Below, piece by piece: positions 1 to 13,677 of a stretch of DNA of 64,000 nt; within the stretch, counting starts at the first letter, position 1, and each line of letters starts with the position of its first letter. The position numbers were made by a program, and so were the translations under genes. The DNA lies in assembly GCA_964016885.1 (NCBI GenBank), contig OZ024741.1, positions 171,306,001-171,370,000 on the forward strand. The letters are read 5' to 3'. The stretch is from Eledone cirrhosa (Eukaryota). The notes beneath the pieces are model-generated. The model was not told the origin of the DNA. It saw only the letters and a list, made by a program, of their open reading frames with translations, and did no database searches.

Positions 1-203
1 TCACTTCACAAAAGATTGGAGATCCATAGGGACCTCCAATGGAAAAGTTTAGATCATCAGAAAGCATTTTCCTTTCCTAGGACTAAAAGTCCCAGGAACG
101 GCAAAATTTATTGCCATCTACCAGCTAACACAGGATCGAACCCTTGTATCATAGACACCCTATATATTTCCAGGGGTACTTAGTACCTGTGGGCATATTA
201 ACT

Positions 204-545
<342 letters not shown>

Positions 546-950
546 GACACAAACACATATATATAGTTTACATAATTTACATAAATCTTTCGTTGCACAT
601 CTGCAACATCGTTAGTGGTGTTATATATATATTTTTTTTCCTCCTGTTGTGTTGTATGTCTACGCCATTTTTTTTAATTCAGTCTGTCTATATATTTTTT
701 TTATTTATTTGCTTGTTTGTTTATTTTATTTTGTCTTCTTTGCGCATGCGTTTGCGTGTGTGTATAGTGTTATGTGTGCTGGGTGACTAGTGTGTGTTTA
801 TGTGCTTGTTGTTATTGTGCTTGTGTATGTATTTATTCATCATATTTTATTTTATTTTATATATATATACTTTTCCCATCTTGACGTTATAGTCGCATAT
901 ATGTTATAGAATGCCGTTAGCTTCTTGCTAAAACAATCTCTATACCTCTC

Positions 951-986
<36 letters not shown>

Positions 987-1017
987 CTATATATATATAT
1001 GTATATATATATATTTG

Positions 1018-1116
<99 letters not shown>

Positions 1117-1319
1117 CGTATTTAAGAAAGCCACAACAATGCAAAGGGGAATCTCGAGGTAGGAAGTGAAATATAGATAGGAAAAACATGTGAAAGTGAA
1201 AATTGAGAGAGACAAAGATGAAAACAAAACAAAGATAGAAGGGTTACCGTATTAGAGATTTAATCCCAATATTTCGGGCTCACGCCCATCAACGGGGGAA
1301 AAGTTCCAAAAGGGGGGAA

Positions 1320-1434
1320 AACAGGCCAAGCGGAGAAAGCGGAGAAAGTTGTGATGTCGTTAAGACAGGAATGCCGTTATTATAACGGCATTCCTGTCTT
1401 AACGACATCACAACTTTCTCCGCTTGGCCTGTTT
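1320..1434. repeat. Near-perfect palindrome with ~55-bp arms
   Basis: GTGATGTCGTTAAGACAGGAATGCCGTTAT / ATAACGGCATTCCTGTCTTAACGACATCAC, centred near 1381. Confidence 0.9.
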
Positions 1435-1589
1435 GGAATGTTGTTGTTGTCTGTTGTTGTGTAGAAGCTGATTGTAGAGGTGGGGATACTGATGTTGCTG
1501 TTGGAGATGGGGAAATAAGTTATATTGAGGAAATTGTTGTTGTGTTCTATATTTATGATAAGGTTTTTGTTGGTGACTTTTCTATTTTT

Positions 1590-2400
1590 ATTTAACAGTT
1601 AACCACTCTTCTCCATAGCTACAATCAATATCCGAGTGTGCAAACTTTGTGAAGGGCACTTCTTCCCCTTTTGGTGTGGTTACATACGTTGGTGTTGGTG
1701 TTGGTGTGGAAGATGATGGTAGAGCTCCTACTAATTTTGACGTTATTGAGTCTTTTGTCTGTATTGTGGCTGCTGAGGTTTGATTTACTGCCATTGTGGG
1801 ATTTAGTGTAGGCAGGATAGGGGGTCCCGTTTGCATCGTGGAGCACAAAGCCCTCAGGTGTGTTTTTTGCGCTACATGTGTGCCACTTTGGCCTTCTGAC
1901 GGTCATTGGGACCTGGGTGCCATCCACATAGCCTATTAAGTCGGAGATGGCCTCAATATTCTATTGAATTGTTTAGATGAGTAGTTCCATCCCCAATCCT
2001 GGCCAGCTTTCCAGGTTGATTTTCGTTACATCTAAAATGTCTGTGCTATATTTAACGTCCATGAAGATAGCTGCCACTATCCTGGGAATAGCTATTGTGT
2101 CCCGCACCTGGGTTACTCTTATCGTCAATAATCTTTGGCCACATTACGTCAACATCAGAATCAGCTCATTGCTCCTTGGCATCTCGGGTGATATGAGATT
2201 TGCGTTTCCAGACGCAGCCCAAAACCTTTTTGATGTGGGACACTATGCCGCGCTCCATCCGGCGTCATTTTACTCCAAATGTACAGTATGTATGTTACCA
2301 TACAACTTCGTAGGTTTGCCAGGGCGCCGGGTGTCGATGTGAGGCTGATTGTGACTTCTCGTTAGCATCTGCTTAGCCTCCCTTATTGCGTTTTCGTTGA
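1590..2400 (-). pseudogene. Possible decayed LINE ORF1 (gag-like) fragment
   Basis: GC-richer non-repetitive stretch; GTQVPMTVRRPKWHTC resembles a VTV.GRRP.CxxC knuckle lead-in; many stops. Confidence 0.25.
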
Positions 2401-2819
2401 CAGTGATTGTTTCCGTATTTAAAGAGCTGATTGTGAAGAATCCTTCTGTGTTGTTTTGGGAGGGGTTACATTATGCTTTGTTTCCGTGTCGGCAAATGCG
2501 GTTGACATGTCTGTGTTTATATTGTTGCAGCTGTTGTTGTTGTTGTTGCTACTGTCAGTGGTGTCACTCTTGTTGCAGTTTATATACTTATTTGTCAGTG
2601 CTTTCTGTTGTTGTTGTTGTTGTTGCGATGGTGGAGTTGGTGGTTGTGGTGGTGGTGGAGGTGGTGTTAGTGTTGTTGCTGTTTTTTATTATATGTTTGT
2701 TTGTTTCGGTTTTGAAGTCCTTGGCATGGTGGTGGTGTTGGATACTGGTAATGCGGGATATTAATTTCCATATATATATATACTGTATATATATACGTGT
2801 GTGTGTGTGTGTGTGTGCG

Positions 2820-2866
<47 letters not shown>

Positions 2867-2907
2867 GATATATTAACAAATGGAAACTATATTTATAAAA
2901 CCATATT

Positions 2908-2972
2908 TATTTCATTATACATATTTCAAGGACACCAAGTTAAATTATGGTGTGCTTTCATCAGATAAAATA
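2908..2972 (-). ncRNA. Type I hammerhead ribozyme, family A
   Basis: Minus strand: tattttat CTGATGA aagcacacca..tggtgtcctt GAAA tatgta TA atgaaata; stems I and II pair. Confidence 0.85.
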
Positions 2973-3099
2973 TAATATAGATAAGTTTTATAAATAAATA
3001 TTGACATACCCTTAAAGAATGCGACCATATGGTTTTATAAATATAGTTTCCATTTGTTAATATATCGTATTTTTACTCCAATAATTTAAATAGAACTTC

Positions 3100-3185
<86 letters not shown>

Positions 3186-3273
3186 GTTGACAAAATTCAT
3201 ACAAATATATATATATATATATATAATAAAATAACAGGAGGCTGGACTGGTGTAAATCCTTGAAAGGTTTATT

Positions 3274-3331
3274 ATACTATGATCATTTCAATGACCGGGC
3301 TCCATATGAATCCGGTGATATCATCAGGTAT
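3274..3331 (-). ncRNA. Type I hammerhead ribozyme
   Basis: Minus strand: atac CTGATGA tatcaccgg..ccggtcatt GAAA tgatca TA gtat; palindromic stem III TGATCA; AATAAA follows immediately. Confidence 0.88.
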
Positions 3332-4037
3332 TGGAATATAACAAAGGAATATGTAAAAAACATGGGTCCGAAAAATCAGAGACAGAGACAAAGAGGACGA
3401 TCGACCAACTAGCTGCTCGGCCAGTCGCCCTTAAAGTGATGGCAACTGAATCTACTAATGAACATTTGGTGAGGAGGCGAAGGCTTATAATGCACTACCA
3501 CCTCTCCGTCAAAGAAAAAAGGGAAGAAAGAAAGAAAGGGAGAAAGAAGTCAGTGTAAGAGTCATACTACAGTCATGCTAGAAAATGCCGCGAAAAAATG
3601 CTACTCCAAAGAATCTATAATGGGTGTCTGTATGGTCTAATGTGTGAACCGAAGATTGGAACGTTAAACTTATGTTGCGAGTTATAGGATGAAATTAAAT
3701 TAAAATATTGCAAAATGATAAATTGAAAAAATAAGTTATTATAGAATTAAAGGTTAAGGTAGCGAGATTTATTTATTTAATGAACTTACGGAGAGAGTCT
3801 TATATGAAAAAATTTATCTCGATGGGATATTAGGATGGGATATAGAGTAAAGATTAACTGGGACTTTAAAATAATTTTGGTATGACCCTTACACTGATTT
3901 CTTTCTCCCTTTCTTTCTTTCTTCCCCTTTTTCTTTGATGAACTGCACTGCGTTGAGTACTCTTCACAATATTACACCAACCAGGATTCCATACGGAATG
4001 ACCAGTTCTATCCAGTGGTGAACCAACAAACCTAAAG

Positions 4038-4144
<107 letters not shown>

Positions 4145-4774
4145 AATAAATTATCGAGAATCGGAACTTCGGCCCACAAAATAACGAAACACAATCTTCG
4201 AAATGTGTGGCAAAGTGCTCAATAGTTTGGATAAACCAGAGCTATAACTAACGTTTAATACCAACACACTGAGACGATGCTTAAACAATTATTCGCACAG
4301 CCAAAAATACGACCAAGAAAATTCGGGTCAGACAAATAAAAATATATTATATATATATGTATGAATTTTGTCACCGTTTTTATTAGCTTTAGTGCTATAG
4401 ATGTTGTTGGTGCTGGCAGTGATAGTAGTGCCTGTATTAGTGTTGGTGATAGTAACGGTGGTGATGGTGATGTTATTGTCGGTCTATGGACTCGCATGCC
4501 AGTCACTGTCACGTGACAACTGGCTGAAAGAAGAGGGGCATGTCGCTTCCATTTTTTTCTAACGCTTGTTGCCATGAAAAGGAAGATAATAAAGTTCAAA
4601 TATTTGGGCAAAAGCCACAAATATTATGGGGTCACCTTTTCTGTGGACGATGTACGACGCCCTATTAATTGTTTGTAACAAAAATGTTAACTTTGAACGT
4701 TATGCAAACAAATGAAAATCAACAATACATACGGAGGAAACTATACCTGACGACAACTTGAGATACCATTAATA

Positions 4775-4952
4775 TTTGTTTCTACTTTAGAGGCAAGGCC
4801 AGCATTTTGAAGGGGATGGGGGGTCGATTAAATCGATCCGAGTACGTTACTGGTGCTTCATTTTATCAACCATGTAAGGATGAAAGGCAAAGCTACCTTG
4901 GTAGGATTTCAACTCAAACCGTAAAGAGCCGTAACTACGTGACGCAAAGCAT
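4775..4952 (-). mobile_element. tRNA-derived SINE, family 1
   Basis: Reverse complement of CTTTGCCTTTCATCCTTAC..GATAAAAT..CACCAG core and AAAGTAGAAACAA tail. Confidence 0.8.
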
Positions 4953-5111
4953 AATAATAATAATTGTTTCTACTTTAGGCACAAGGCAAGCAATTTGAAT
5001 GAAAGGGACAAGCGGTACAGAAGAAGTTCAGAAGATGAAATAGCGAGAGATATTAAATATGAAATTGTGCAGCCAATGAGATATCTTGTAAGTGGTGGAA
5101 CTACATGCTAA

Positions 5112-5301
5112 TAATTGTTTCTACTTTTGGCACAAGGCCAGCAGTTATCCCAGTGTATTACTGGTGCTTTATTTTATCGACCCCGTAAGGAAGAAAAGCA
5201 AAGTTAACCTCGGCAGGATTTGAATTCAGACCACAAAGGGCTGTAACACTTTGCTGCAAAACATGGCGTCCGACCATCTACCGATACTGCCAATCCACCA
5301 C
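5112..5301 (-). mobile_element. tRNA-derived SINE, family 1
   Basis: Head GTGGATTGGCAGTATCGGTAGA, B-box-like TTCAAATCC, same core and tail as other copies. Confidence 0.85.
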
Positions 5302-7525
5302 TTCAAATCCCACTCTCCGTCTTATAAAGAAGGACTATTGGACAATGAAGTCCTAGATATGATAAATATCAGATGATATGTGATGATCGAATATTTGAAC
5401 TTAGCGCTATTAATAAGGGCTAATTCGGGACTAGAGAACAATAACGAACTAATGAGTGAAGATTTGTGGTCGCTCTACCAGATAACAATATCACCGTCTT
5501 AAAAAACATACGGTAGGATAACTTACAGAATATAATTCTAGATATACAAGAAACCGGAAGGTACATGTGAATATATTTCATCATGCCTCTTTAAATATTA
5601 TGAAATCTATTACCTCCCTTCCGTTACTCTCTATTAAAAAAACAAAAAAACGATTCAAATGATGTCATAATAGCTTATTTTTTCATATTTTTCAAAATGT
5701 CCAGATTTCTGATATTCATTAAAATCTACAGTTAACTACAACATTATGGAGAGTATTTCTTTGTTGAAAAGGCAACATTTATATAATTATTGTTTTGTAT
5801 ATGTAACTGAGTACTTATGTTTGGTATGGTGTGTCATGAGTAGTTTAGATTTGTTGTATTCTTTTATATTATATTTTTGTTGGGCAGGGTAATGTAATAA
5901 AGAAAATCACCCCCCCCCCCACACACACACATACACACATATATAAATATATATATATATATTTATAATCCTCTCTCTCTGTCACGTGCTCAGGAGAGGC
6001 TCACTCGTTAACTAAATAAATGCTCTCGCGTTGACTTAATAGAGACTCCCCTCCTTGCTCAATAGAGTCGTCCGTGTTAGATTGCTAAAGGCTATACTAT
6101 TGACTCAGTATTTGACCACAAATTTCGTGCAAGGCAACAGCCCTTGTCATTCACATACCCAGTATGTCACTGGCTATATTAAACCTGGAAAGATGAATTT
6201 AGAAGTCAATCCAGCATGTGTCAAACCCAGAATATAAGAAAAGGCAATCACAAAGTTTCGAAAATCTGGTATTACAGATATGGAATTTTATAAAAAGAGA
6301 TCAATTATAATTTCTGAAACTTGAAATAAATCTTGAAGATTCCATAGAGAAATCACAGGTAAAATACAGAAAGTTCTGCATTTTACTAAATGCAGTAGCG
6401 TGTATTTTTCATTTATCTTTTACTAGTTTCACTCATTAGTCTATGGCAATACTGGGGCTAAACATTTAAAAGAATTTAGTTGAATATATCAAATTATTAC
6501 TATAATTTCATTATTTCCACAAGATATGAAATGATAAATAAACATAGTATAACGTGGACATCTACACTAACTCGGACATCTACACTGCAGGGAAATTCAC
6601 TTCCAATGTAATTGTCCACATTTCACATAACTCTTATATATGTGTGTATGTATATGTACACAACCACACACAAAAACACACGTACACACACACATGGATA
6701 CGATGTTACTAGTTTGGACCATTATTCAACTAAATAATCTGTACTTAAGTAGACTGTAGTGATCCTAAGTATTATAGCAAAAAGTTATCGAAACGGTAAA
6801 GGCTTAAGCGCAGAGCAGAAAACCCGTAGTGTGTGTGTGTGTGTGTGGGCGTGTGTGCGTGCATGTGTGTATGTGAGTTTGCGTGTGTGTGTGCGTGTGT
6901 GTGTCTGCGTGCGTGTGTGTTTATGAGATCCCTCATCTATACTTTATTCTGGTCCAAACTAAACTTCCTCTAAATTTTAGTTCCATTTCAATTATTTCAT
7001 TTCTTGCCCCCTCTGATGGTATCCCTCAGTCTCTTAATCATTGTTCCGGGGCAGGTGACATTTATTTTTGGTTGGTTTCTTTGTTCCGAGTTGACAAGCT
7101 ATTATAAAATATTTTAGCAGATCTTTTCCAGTCAAATGGCAGCTATGCCATAACACTTGTGATAAACAGGTCAAAGCATAGCCCTAATCATTTTATATAT
7201 TTTCACATAGTCTTGTGCTGAGTTTAATAGTCCCTTTCTTGTTGTCCTTATTAACAACTGTATTTTAGTGAGAGAAGTTGTCAGGCTGCTTGCGTGTGTG
7301 CGCGAGGGAGTGAACGAATTAACATGTGTGTGTGGGTGTTATTTGTGCTTGTAGCAACTGCACCACATCCTTCAACAACCTTTCCCTAATTTTCAGGAAT
7401 TCGTGATTTATTTTTTCTACTGTTAAATTTGTAGTGATAGCCTATAATTTAAACAACTCTACAAATGTAGGTTACGCTACAATAATCTAACTCTAAACCC
7501 CTTCTTATCGCACTTAACACACTAA

Positions 7526-7719
7526 CTGACCAGTCAACTCTCCTCGTCCGACGGGGAGATCTCCAACGCACTTTGGAGTGGGTGAGAGATGTCTTCTCTT
7601 CTGAAAATTGGTATAATTTTCATTTTGTAAAATCTCCCCATTTTGCCACGTTTCTCCCGTTTTGGGGAACTTTTCTTTATGGTACTCCCCGTTTGGGTGT
7701 TTAGAGGTTGGCAGGTCTG
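7526..7719. mobile_element. Possible MITE with degenerate TIRs (CAGACCTGCCAAC-type)
   Basis: Left CTGACCAGTCAACTCT vs right AGAGGTTGGCAGGTCTG; no clear TSD. Confidence 0.4.
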
Positions 7720-8206
7720 GCAACTTTTCAAAAGTGACTTTTCAGACAGGATTCCATCAACACGAACATCCGTCTACCTCTTTTTCTTTCTAGCCCCAAA
7801 CTGTCTTAATCTTCAAAGGTTGTTTATTACGAACCTGAGACACCATTTAAGTTGTTGCAGGCAAAACACTAACACACCTGCAAATTTCTAATTTTTTTAA
7901 ATTTGTTTTATCGCAAAGATATTCGACTTAATGATCCATAATTTCAGTACTACTGCGGTTATTAGCATTGTTAGTAGGAGAGTAGACACTTCGTTAGCCT
8001 TCTTAGGCTTATCTATCATACATTAGACGTAATGTTTTCTACCACCAAAAATTTTGAAGCAACTTTTAACACATACGTATTGCACAAAAAAAAAACACAG
8101 CAGAGAAGAATTTAGGACCGTCTTAATGTACAGCAACACGCATACACGTACACACACACACACATACACACACATACACACACAGCCACACACACATATA
8201 TATATT

Positions 8207-8238
<32 letters not shown>

Positions 8239-8311
8239 CAGAGAGGGTGGAGTCAAGTGCTGAGACCGGAGAGAACTCTAATAATAGAAGTACAGGATTT
8301 TATATCTCTCT

Positions 8312-8397
<86 letters not shown>

Positions 8398-8428
8398 ATA
8401 TATGTATATATATATATATATATATTTG

Positions 8429-8485
<57 letters not shown>

Positions 8486-8537
8486 AACTAGAGAGTGTGA
8501 CATCAACAGATATAAACAGACACATATATATATATAC

Positions 8538-8580
<43 letters not shown>

Positions 8581-8818
8581 CACATTTTCAAGCGAATGTA
8601 AATATATGTTTAAATGGGCGTGTTAAATGTGTCAAGTGGTTAAGTTTCCGAGGGTTTCAACAATGTCAAAGAGTGTATATTCAGTTGTGGGTGAGGTTAC
8701 TATTTAATCATTGTGAGTATTCATGCATTTTTCTGTATATGTGGGAGTATCGAGTGTGTGAACGTATGGAAATAGTAAAAGCCATATGACATCATATATA
8801 TAAATATGTGTGTGTGTG

Positions 8819-8870
<52 letters not shown>

Positions 8871-8875
<5 letters not shown>

Positions 8876-8964
8876 CATGCATATATGTATGTATACATCT
8901 CTTCTATACATTCGTTACCGGTGCCATGTTGAAGTTTATAGAAAGAGACTTTGCCAGCAGGGTC

Positions 8965-9054
<90 letters not shown>

Positions 9055-9159
9055 TGTGTGTATACATGCATATATGTATGTATACATCTCTTCTATACAT
9101 TCGTTACCGGTGCCATGCTGAAGTTTATAGAAAGAGACTTTGCCAGCAGGGTCATTGTG
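8871..9159. repeat. ~98-bp direct duplication separated by a (GT)n tract
   Basis: GTATACATGC...GCAGGGTCATTGTG at 8871-8968 and 9060-9159. Confidence 0.9.
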
Positions 9160-9164
9160 ACGTT

Positions 9165-10190
9165 CCCCTTGTCTTGCTAATGTGAGCCTCCTACGACTTT
9201 TGATGTCAGAAAGCCGTGTGAGTCATAGAGCGATTTCTTTGCTACGTGTGTTTCCTAGAATATATTCTGGATCTTTCTCAGCATTTCGGTGAATGTACCA
9301 TTAATCCTTTCAGTGAGTCTTTTTGACAGTGTCCATGATTCACATCCGTAGGGGAGAATGGACTCTACCATTGCTTTAAATAGCCTAATTTTTGTGGTTT
9401 TCTTGATCGGAGACACCCACACTTTTGATAGGGAGTTGAGAGTCCCCCGCCTTGCCTATCCTGGTGTCACCATCGTGCCCAGTGTTAAAAAAAAACTGCT
9501 AAGATGCAAGAAATCATCGACTTCCTCAATTTCCGAACCGTCCAGCGCAAGCATTTTTTTTTTTTTTTTTTTTTTACTTAGCATTAAGGTGCATAAATTA
9601 AATTTTACCAGCATGCAAGAAGAGTCCTATGAATAGCGCTGCAGCCACCGCTCTGTGTAGCAGGTTTTCAGCTTCTTTACAGGTGTTCTCCAGGAGAGCT
9701 ATGTAAGTTGCGTAAACCATTGCAGCTAGAGCTTCCTCCGGTTGTCGGGTACATTGTCGACTTTTCAGCATTATTCAGTTTGAAGGTACAATAACATTAT
9801 GCAGTGCATAAACGAGGCATATCACGAAAAGGACAGGGTTCAGAAGATATCCCTGGAGGACACCGGTATCAATGGTGAAAAAGTCTAAGCTTTCCTCGAG
9901 GGTCATCACAAGGGGTGAAGTATTCTCATGCATGACATTAATTGCATTCACGATCTAATGGAAGTATCACATAAGCGAGATGAATGAAATCACTGAATAT
10001 AATTACTGCTGCCTTCTTGTGATTTTGTACCTCCTCAACAAAACGACTAGAGCCAAGGGGTGTGAGGCAGTAAAGCGAAATGGTCAAAATCCTTTTCAGC
10101 TAGAACGTAGAGATTTGTCGGTACTTGCTCTGTTCCTATTCAAGACCCTCCTGTTGTAAATATTTGCTGCAATTTGCTTTGATGTAGATG
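9165..10190 (-). pseudogene. Decayed RTE-clade LINE reverse transcriptase
   Basis: Hand translation gives IAANIYNRRVLNR, EEVQNHKKAAVIIFSDF, FFTIDTGVLQG, EIEEVDDFLHL, KIRLFKAMVESILPYGCESWTL, with stops and frameshifts. Confidence 0.85.
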
Positions 10191-10247
10191 AAAAGCAAGA
10201 AAAATATTGATACATACATGCGTGCATATATATACATACACACACAA

Positions 10248-10282
<35 letters not shown>

Positions 10283-10464
10283 TAATTTAATATATCTACT
10301 AACATAAGCGCACAGATGTACGCTAATGCCAGCAAATACACAGGTTATGTCATAGTACCTAGGTGGTTCAATGCAGGAAGATGCAGAACAATAATATAAA
10401 AGACGTAAAATAAGAAAATTAAAAAAAAAAAAAATTTAAAAAAATGAACTTACTTAAATTTTCA

Positions 10465-10544
10465 CTCCAACTAATTAGTTTCTGCAATGGGATAAAGACA
10501 GTTACGTAATGAACTGTTGAGAATTTCATTGCGTCATCAGGGAG
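10465..10544 (-). ncRNA. Type I hammerhead ribozyme, family B
   Basis: Reverse complement of the 11406 motif. Confidence 0.85.
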
Positions 10545-11008
10545 ATCTATTCTCAGCCAAGTCTCCAGGCAATGCGCGGACACTGGGGACTCATATAAAA
10601 ATAATAATAATTCGGTAAATGGAACAGCTATCGAGGACTGGATTCCAGGCACTGAAAATTCTCACTGCCACTGGTCATATGGCCGATTCTAAAGAATCAA
10701 TCACGTGACACAGAGGCTAGTCAGTAGGAATGGAATGGTAAGATGACAGACGCCTACTAACACCCCCAAAAAAAATTTAGAAGTGGTTTTGGCTGGTTTG
10801 CTCGACAAATCAGTGATTTGGAGATAAATATAGATAATTTAATATATCTACTAACATAAGCGCACAGATGTACGCTAATGCCAGCAAATACACAGGTTAT
10901 GTCATAGTACCTAGGTGGTTCAATGCAGGAGGATGCAGAACAATAATATAAAAGACGTAAAAGAAAATTTAAAAAAAAAAAAAAAAAATTAACTTACTTA
11001 AATTTTCA

Positions 11009-11088
11009 CTCCAACTAATTAGTTTCTGCAATGAGATAAAGACAGTTACGTAATGAACTGTTGAGAATTTCATTGCGTCATCAGGGAG
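11009..11088 (-). ncRNA. Type I hammerhead ribozyme, family B
   Basis: Second minus-strand copy, 544 nt from the first. Confidence 0.85.
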
Positions 11089-11405
11089 ATCTATTCTCAG
11101 CCAAGTCTCCAGGCAATGCGCGGACACTGGGGACTCATATAAAAATAATAATAATTCGGTAAATGGAACAGCTATCGAGGACTGGGGTGTTAGTAGGCGT
11201 CTGTCATCTTACCATCCCATTCCTACTGACTAGCCTCTGTGTCACGTGATTGATTCTTTAGAATCGGCCATATGACCAGTGGCAGTGAGAATTTTCAGTG
11301 CCTGGAATCCAGTCCTCGATAGCTGTTCCATTTACCGAATTATTATTATTTTTATATGAGTCCCCAGTGTCCGCGCATTGCCTGGAGACTTGGCTGAGAA
11401 TAGAT

Positions 11406-11485
11406 CTCCCTGATGACGCAATGAAATTCTCAACAGTTCATTACGTAACTGTCTTTATCCCATTGCAGAAACTAATTAGTTGGAG
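11406..11485 (+). ncRNA. Type I hammerhead ribozyme, family B
   Basis: ctcc CTGATGA cgcaatg..(acagtt/aactgt)..cattgca GAAA ctaattag TT ggag. Confidence 0.87.
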
Positions 11486-11957
11486 TGAAAATTTAAGTAA
11501 GTAAGTTAATTTTTTTTTATTTTTTTTTTTATTTTCTTATTTTACGTCTTTTATATTATTGTTCTGCATCCTCCTGCATTGAACCACCTAGGTACTATGA
11601 CATAACCTGTGTATTTGCTGGCATTAGCGTACATCTGTGCGCTTATGTTAGTAGATATATTAAATTATCTATATTTATCTCCAAATCACTGATTTGTCGA
11701 GCAAACCTGCCAAAACCACTTCTAAATTTTTTTTGGGGGTGTTAGTAGGCGTCTGTCATCTTACCATCCCATTCCTACTGACTAGCCTCTGTGTCACGTG
11801 ATTGATTCTTTAGAATCGGCCATATGACCAGTGGCAGTGAGAATTTTCAGTGCCTGGAATCCAGTCCTCCATAGCTGTTCCATTTACCGAATTATTATTA
11901 TTTTTATATGAGTCCCCAGTGTCCGCGCATTGCCTGGAGACTTGGCTGAGAATAGAT

Positions 11958-12037
11958 CTCCCTGATGACGCAATGAAATTCTCAACAGTTCATTACGTAA
12001 CTGTCTTTATCCCATTGCAGAAACTAATTAGTTGGAG
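11958..12037 (+). ncRNA. Type I hammerhead ribozyme, family B
   Basis: Identical motif 552 nt downstream of 11406. Confidence 0.87.
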
Positions 12038-12096
12038 TGAAAATTTAAGTAAGTAAGTTCATTTTTTTTTTTTTTTTTTAATTTTCTTATTTTACG

Positions 12097-12147
<51 letters not shown>

Positions 12148-12151
<4 letters not shown>

Positions 12152-12680
12152 AAGTAACATGTAAAATGTTGCTTCGTTTATTATCAATTCTCTGCTATAT
12201 ATATTTCGGTGACAGCTATTATTGGCTGTGACCTCTTCACGCAGTACGAATTAATGTGGAAAAGACAGGTAAACATGTTGTTGAAATGTGTTCCACTCTG
12301 TTAATTCATCGATATGTCCAGCTCCTAGGTGTGTTGTTAATCCTCTGAGGAACTGGATATGAGTCCATTCCTCGGAGGACTAACAGCAACACACCCAGGA
12401 GCTGGACATATCGATGAATTAACAGAGTGGAACACATTTCAACAACATGTTTACCTGTCTTTTCCACATTAATTCGTACTGCCTGAAGAGGTCACAGCCA
12501 ATAATAGCTGTCACCGAAATATATATAGCAGAGAAATTATAATAAACGAAGCAAAATTTTAAATGTTTGACTTACTTACTTTACATTACTCCGGAGTAAA
12601 CAAGCCAACCTGTGTACTTCGTGGAGTTCTTCAATCTGCATACTGAGGTGTCGGTAAACAATCAACATATACTAAAATAT
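12148..12680. mobile_element. Family C inverted (hairpin) element
   Basis: Arm 12148-12350 is the reverse complement of ~12370-12582; the right arm has an extra ~95-bp tail; degenerate hammerhead (GTGAAGA) on the left arm at 12192-12244. Confidence 0.85.
12479..12531 (+). ncRNA. Type I hammerhead ribozyme, family C
   Basis: ctgc CTGAAGA ggtcacagc..gctgtcacc GAAA tatata TA gcag. Confidence 0.9.
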
Positions 12681-12733
12681 ATATATATATATACAATATT
12701 AATAAATGGAAACTATATTTATAAAACCATATT

Positions 12734-12798
12734 TATTTCATTATATATATTTCAAGGATACCAAGTTAAATCATGGTATGCCTTCATCAGACAAAATA
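12734..12798 (-). ncRNA. Type I hammerhead ribozyme, family A
   Basis: Minus strand: tattttgt CTGATGA aggcatacca..tggtatcctt GAAA tatata TA atgaaata. Confidence 0.87.
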
Positions 12799-13591
12799 CA
12801 ATATATAACAGTTTTACAAATAGATATTGACGTACCCTTTTAAAAATTGACCGTTGTTTTTGGAGGCCATCAGGATAGTGGTTTGTTTACTTTAGTAAGG
12901 CATAGTGTTAAGAGTAAGTAAAAAGATAGAGAGAGAGAGAGAGAAACGTGGAGAAAAGAAAGGGAAAGATAGATAAAGAAAAAGAAAAAAGCAGAAAGAA
13001 AAGAGAACAGAGGAAAAATAACGGGGAGATATCAAAACATCAGACAGAGAAAGAACTCAAGAGAGAGATATGCAGAGATAGAGAGAGGGGGGAGAGAACG
13101 AAAACCTTAAGTTATGTCATATTAAGTTGAGTTAACAATTGAGATGAAATGAATAAATAAAATTAGAAATATTAATATTCATGAATGGAATATAGATATA
13201 TAATATGAGAAATTACACATTGTTTAATTATGATTAGATATTTAGTTTAAAAATTGAGATCAATATATTAAAAATTGGAATTTAAACATTATAAAATATA
13301 TATATTGCTATAGAGATTATCTATCGTATATCACATATACATAGGCAAAGGTACATAAATATATACTCACTCACTCAGAAAATACACATTATATCTACTC
13401 CCGCACATAATGTATACATACAAAGCATAAGTGATTTTTTATTTATTGCTATACACTCCTTGTGTTATTAATTTAAAAATGTTAGTATATATATATAAAT
13501 ATATAGGATTAACTTTTCTATATATATATATGCATAAATATATATATACATACATGCATTTATATATTTATATACATACATATATATAAAG

Positions 13592-13677
<86 letters not shown>

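Larger units (their letters stand above)
10277..12105. mobile_element. Family B: ~550-bp tandem unit, two minus copies then two plus copies; retrozyme or Penelope pLTR-like
   Basis: The same pseudo-ORF occurs at 10419(-), 11298(+) and 11850(+); period 552; strand switch near 11185; (TA)n on both flanks. Confidence 0.85.

Noticed and set aside
1262-1300. Hammerhead-like motif on the minus strand (CCGTTGA tgggc gtga gccc GAAA)
   Set aside because: Two core mismatches; at best a relic
11298-12056. Repeated 68-aa ORF MPGIQSS..
   Set aside because: Starts at GTG, overlaps the hammerhead and recurs only because the DNA unit is duplicated
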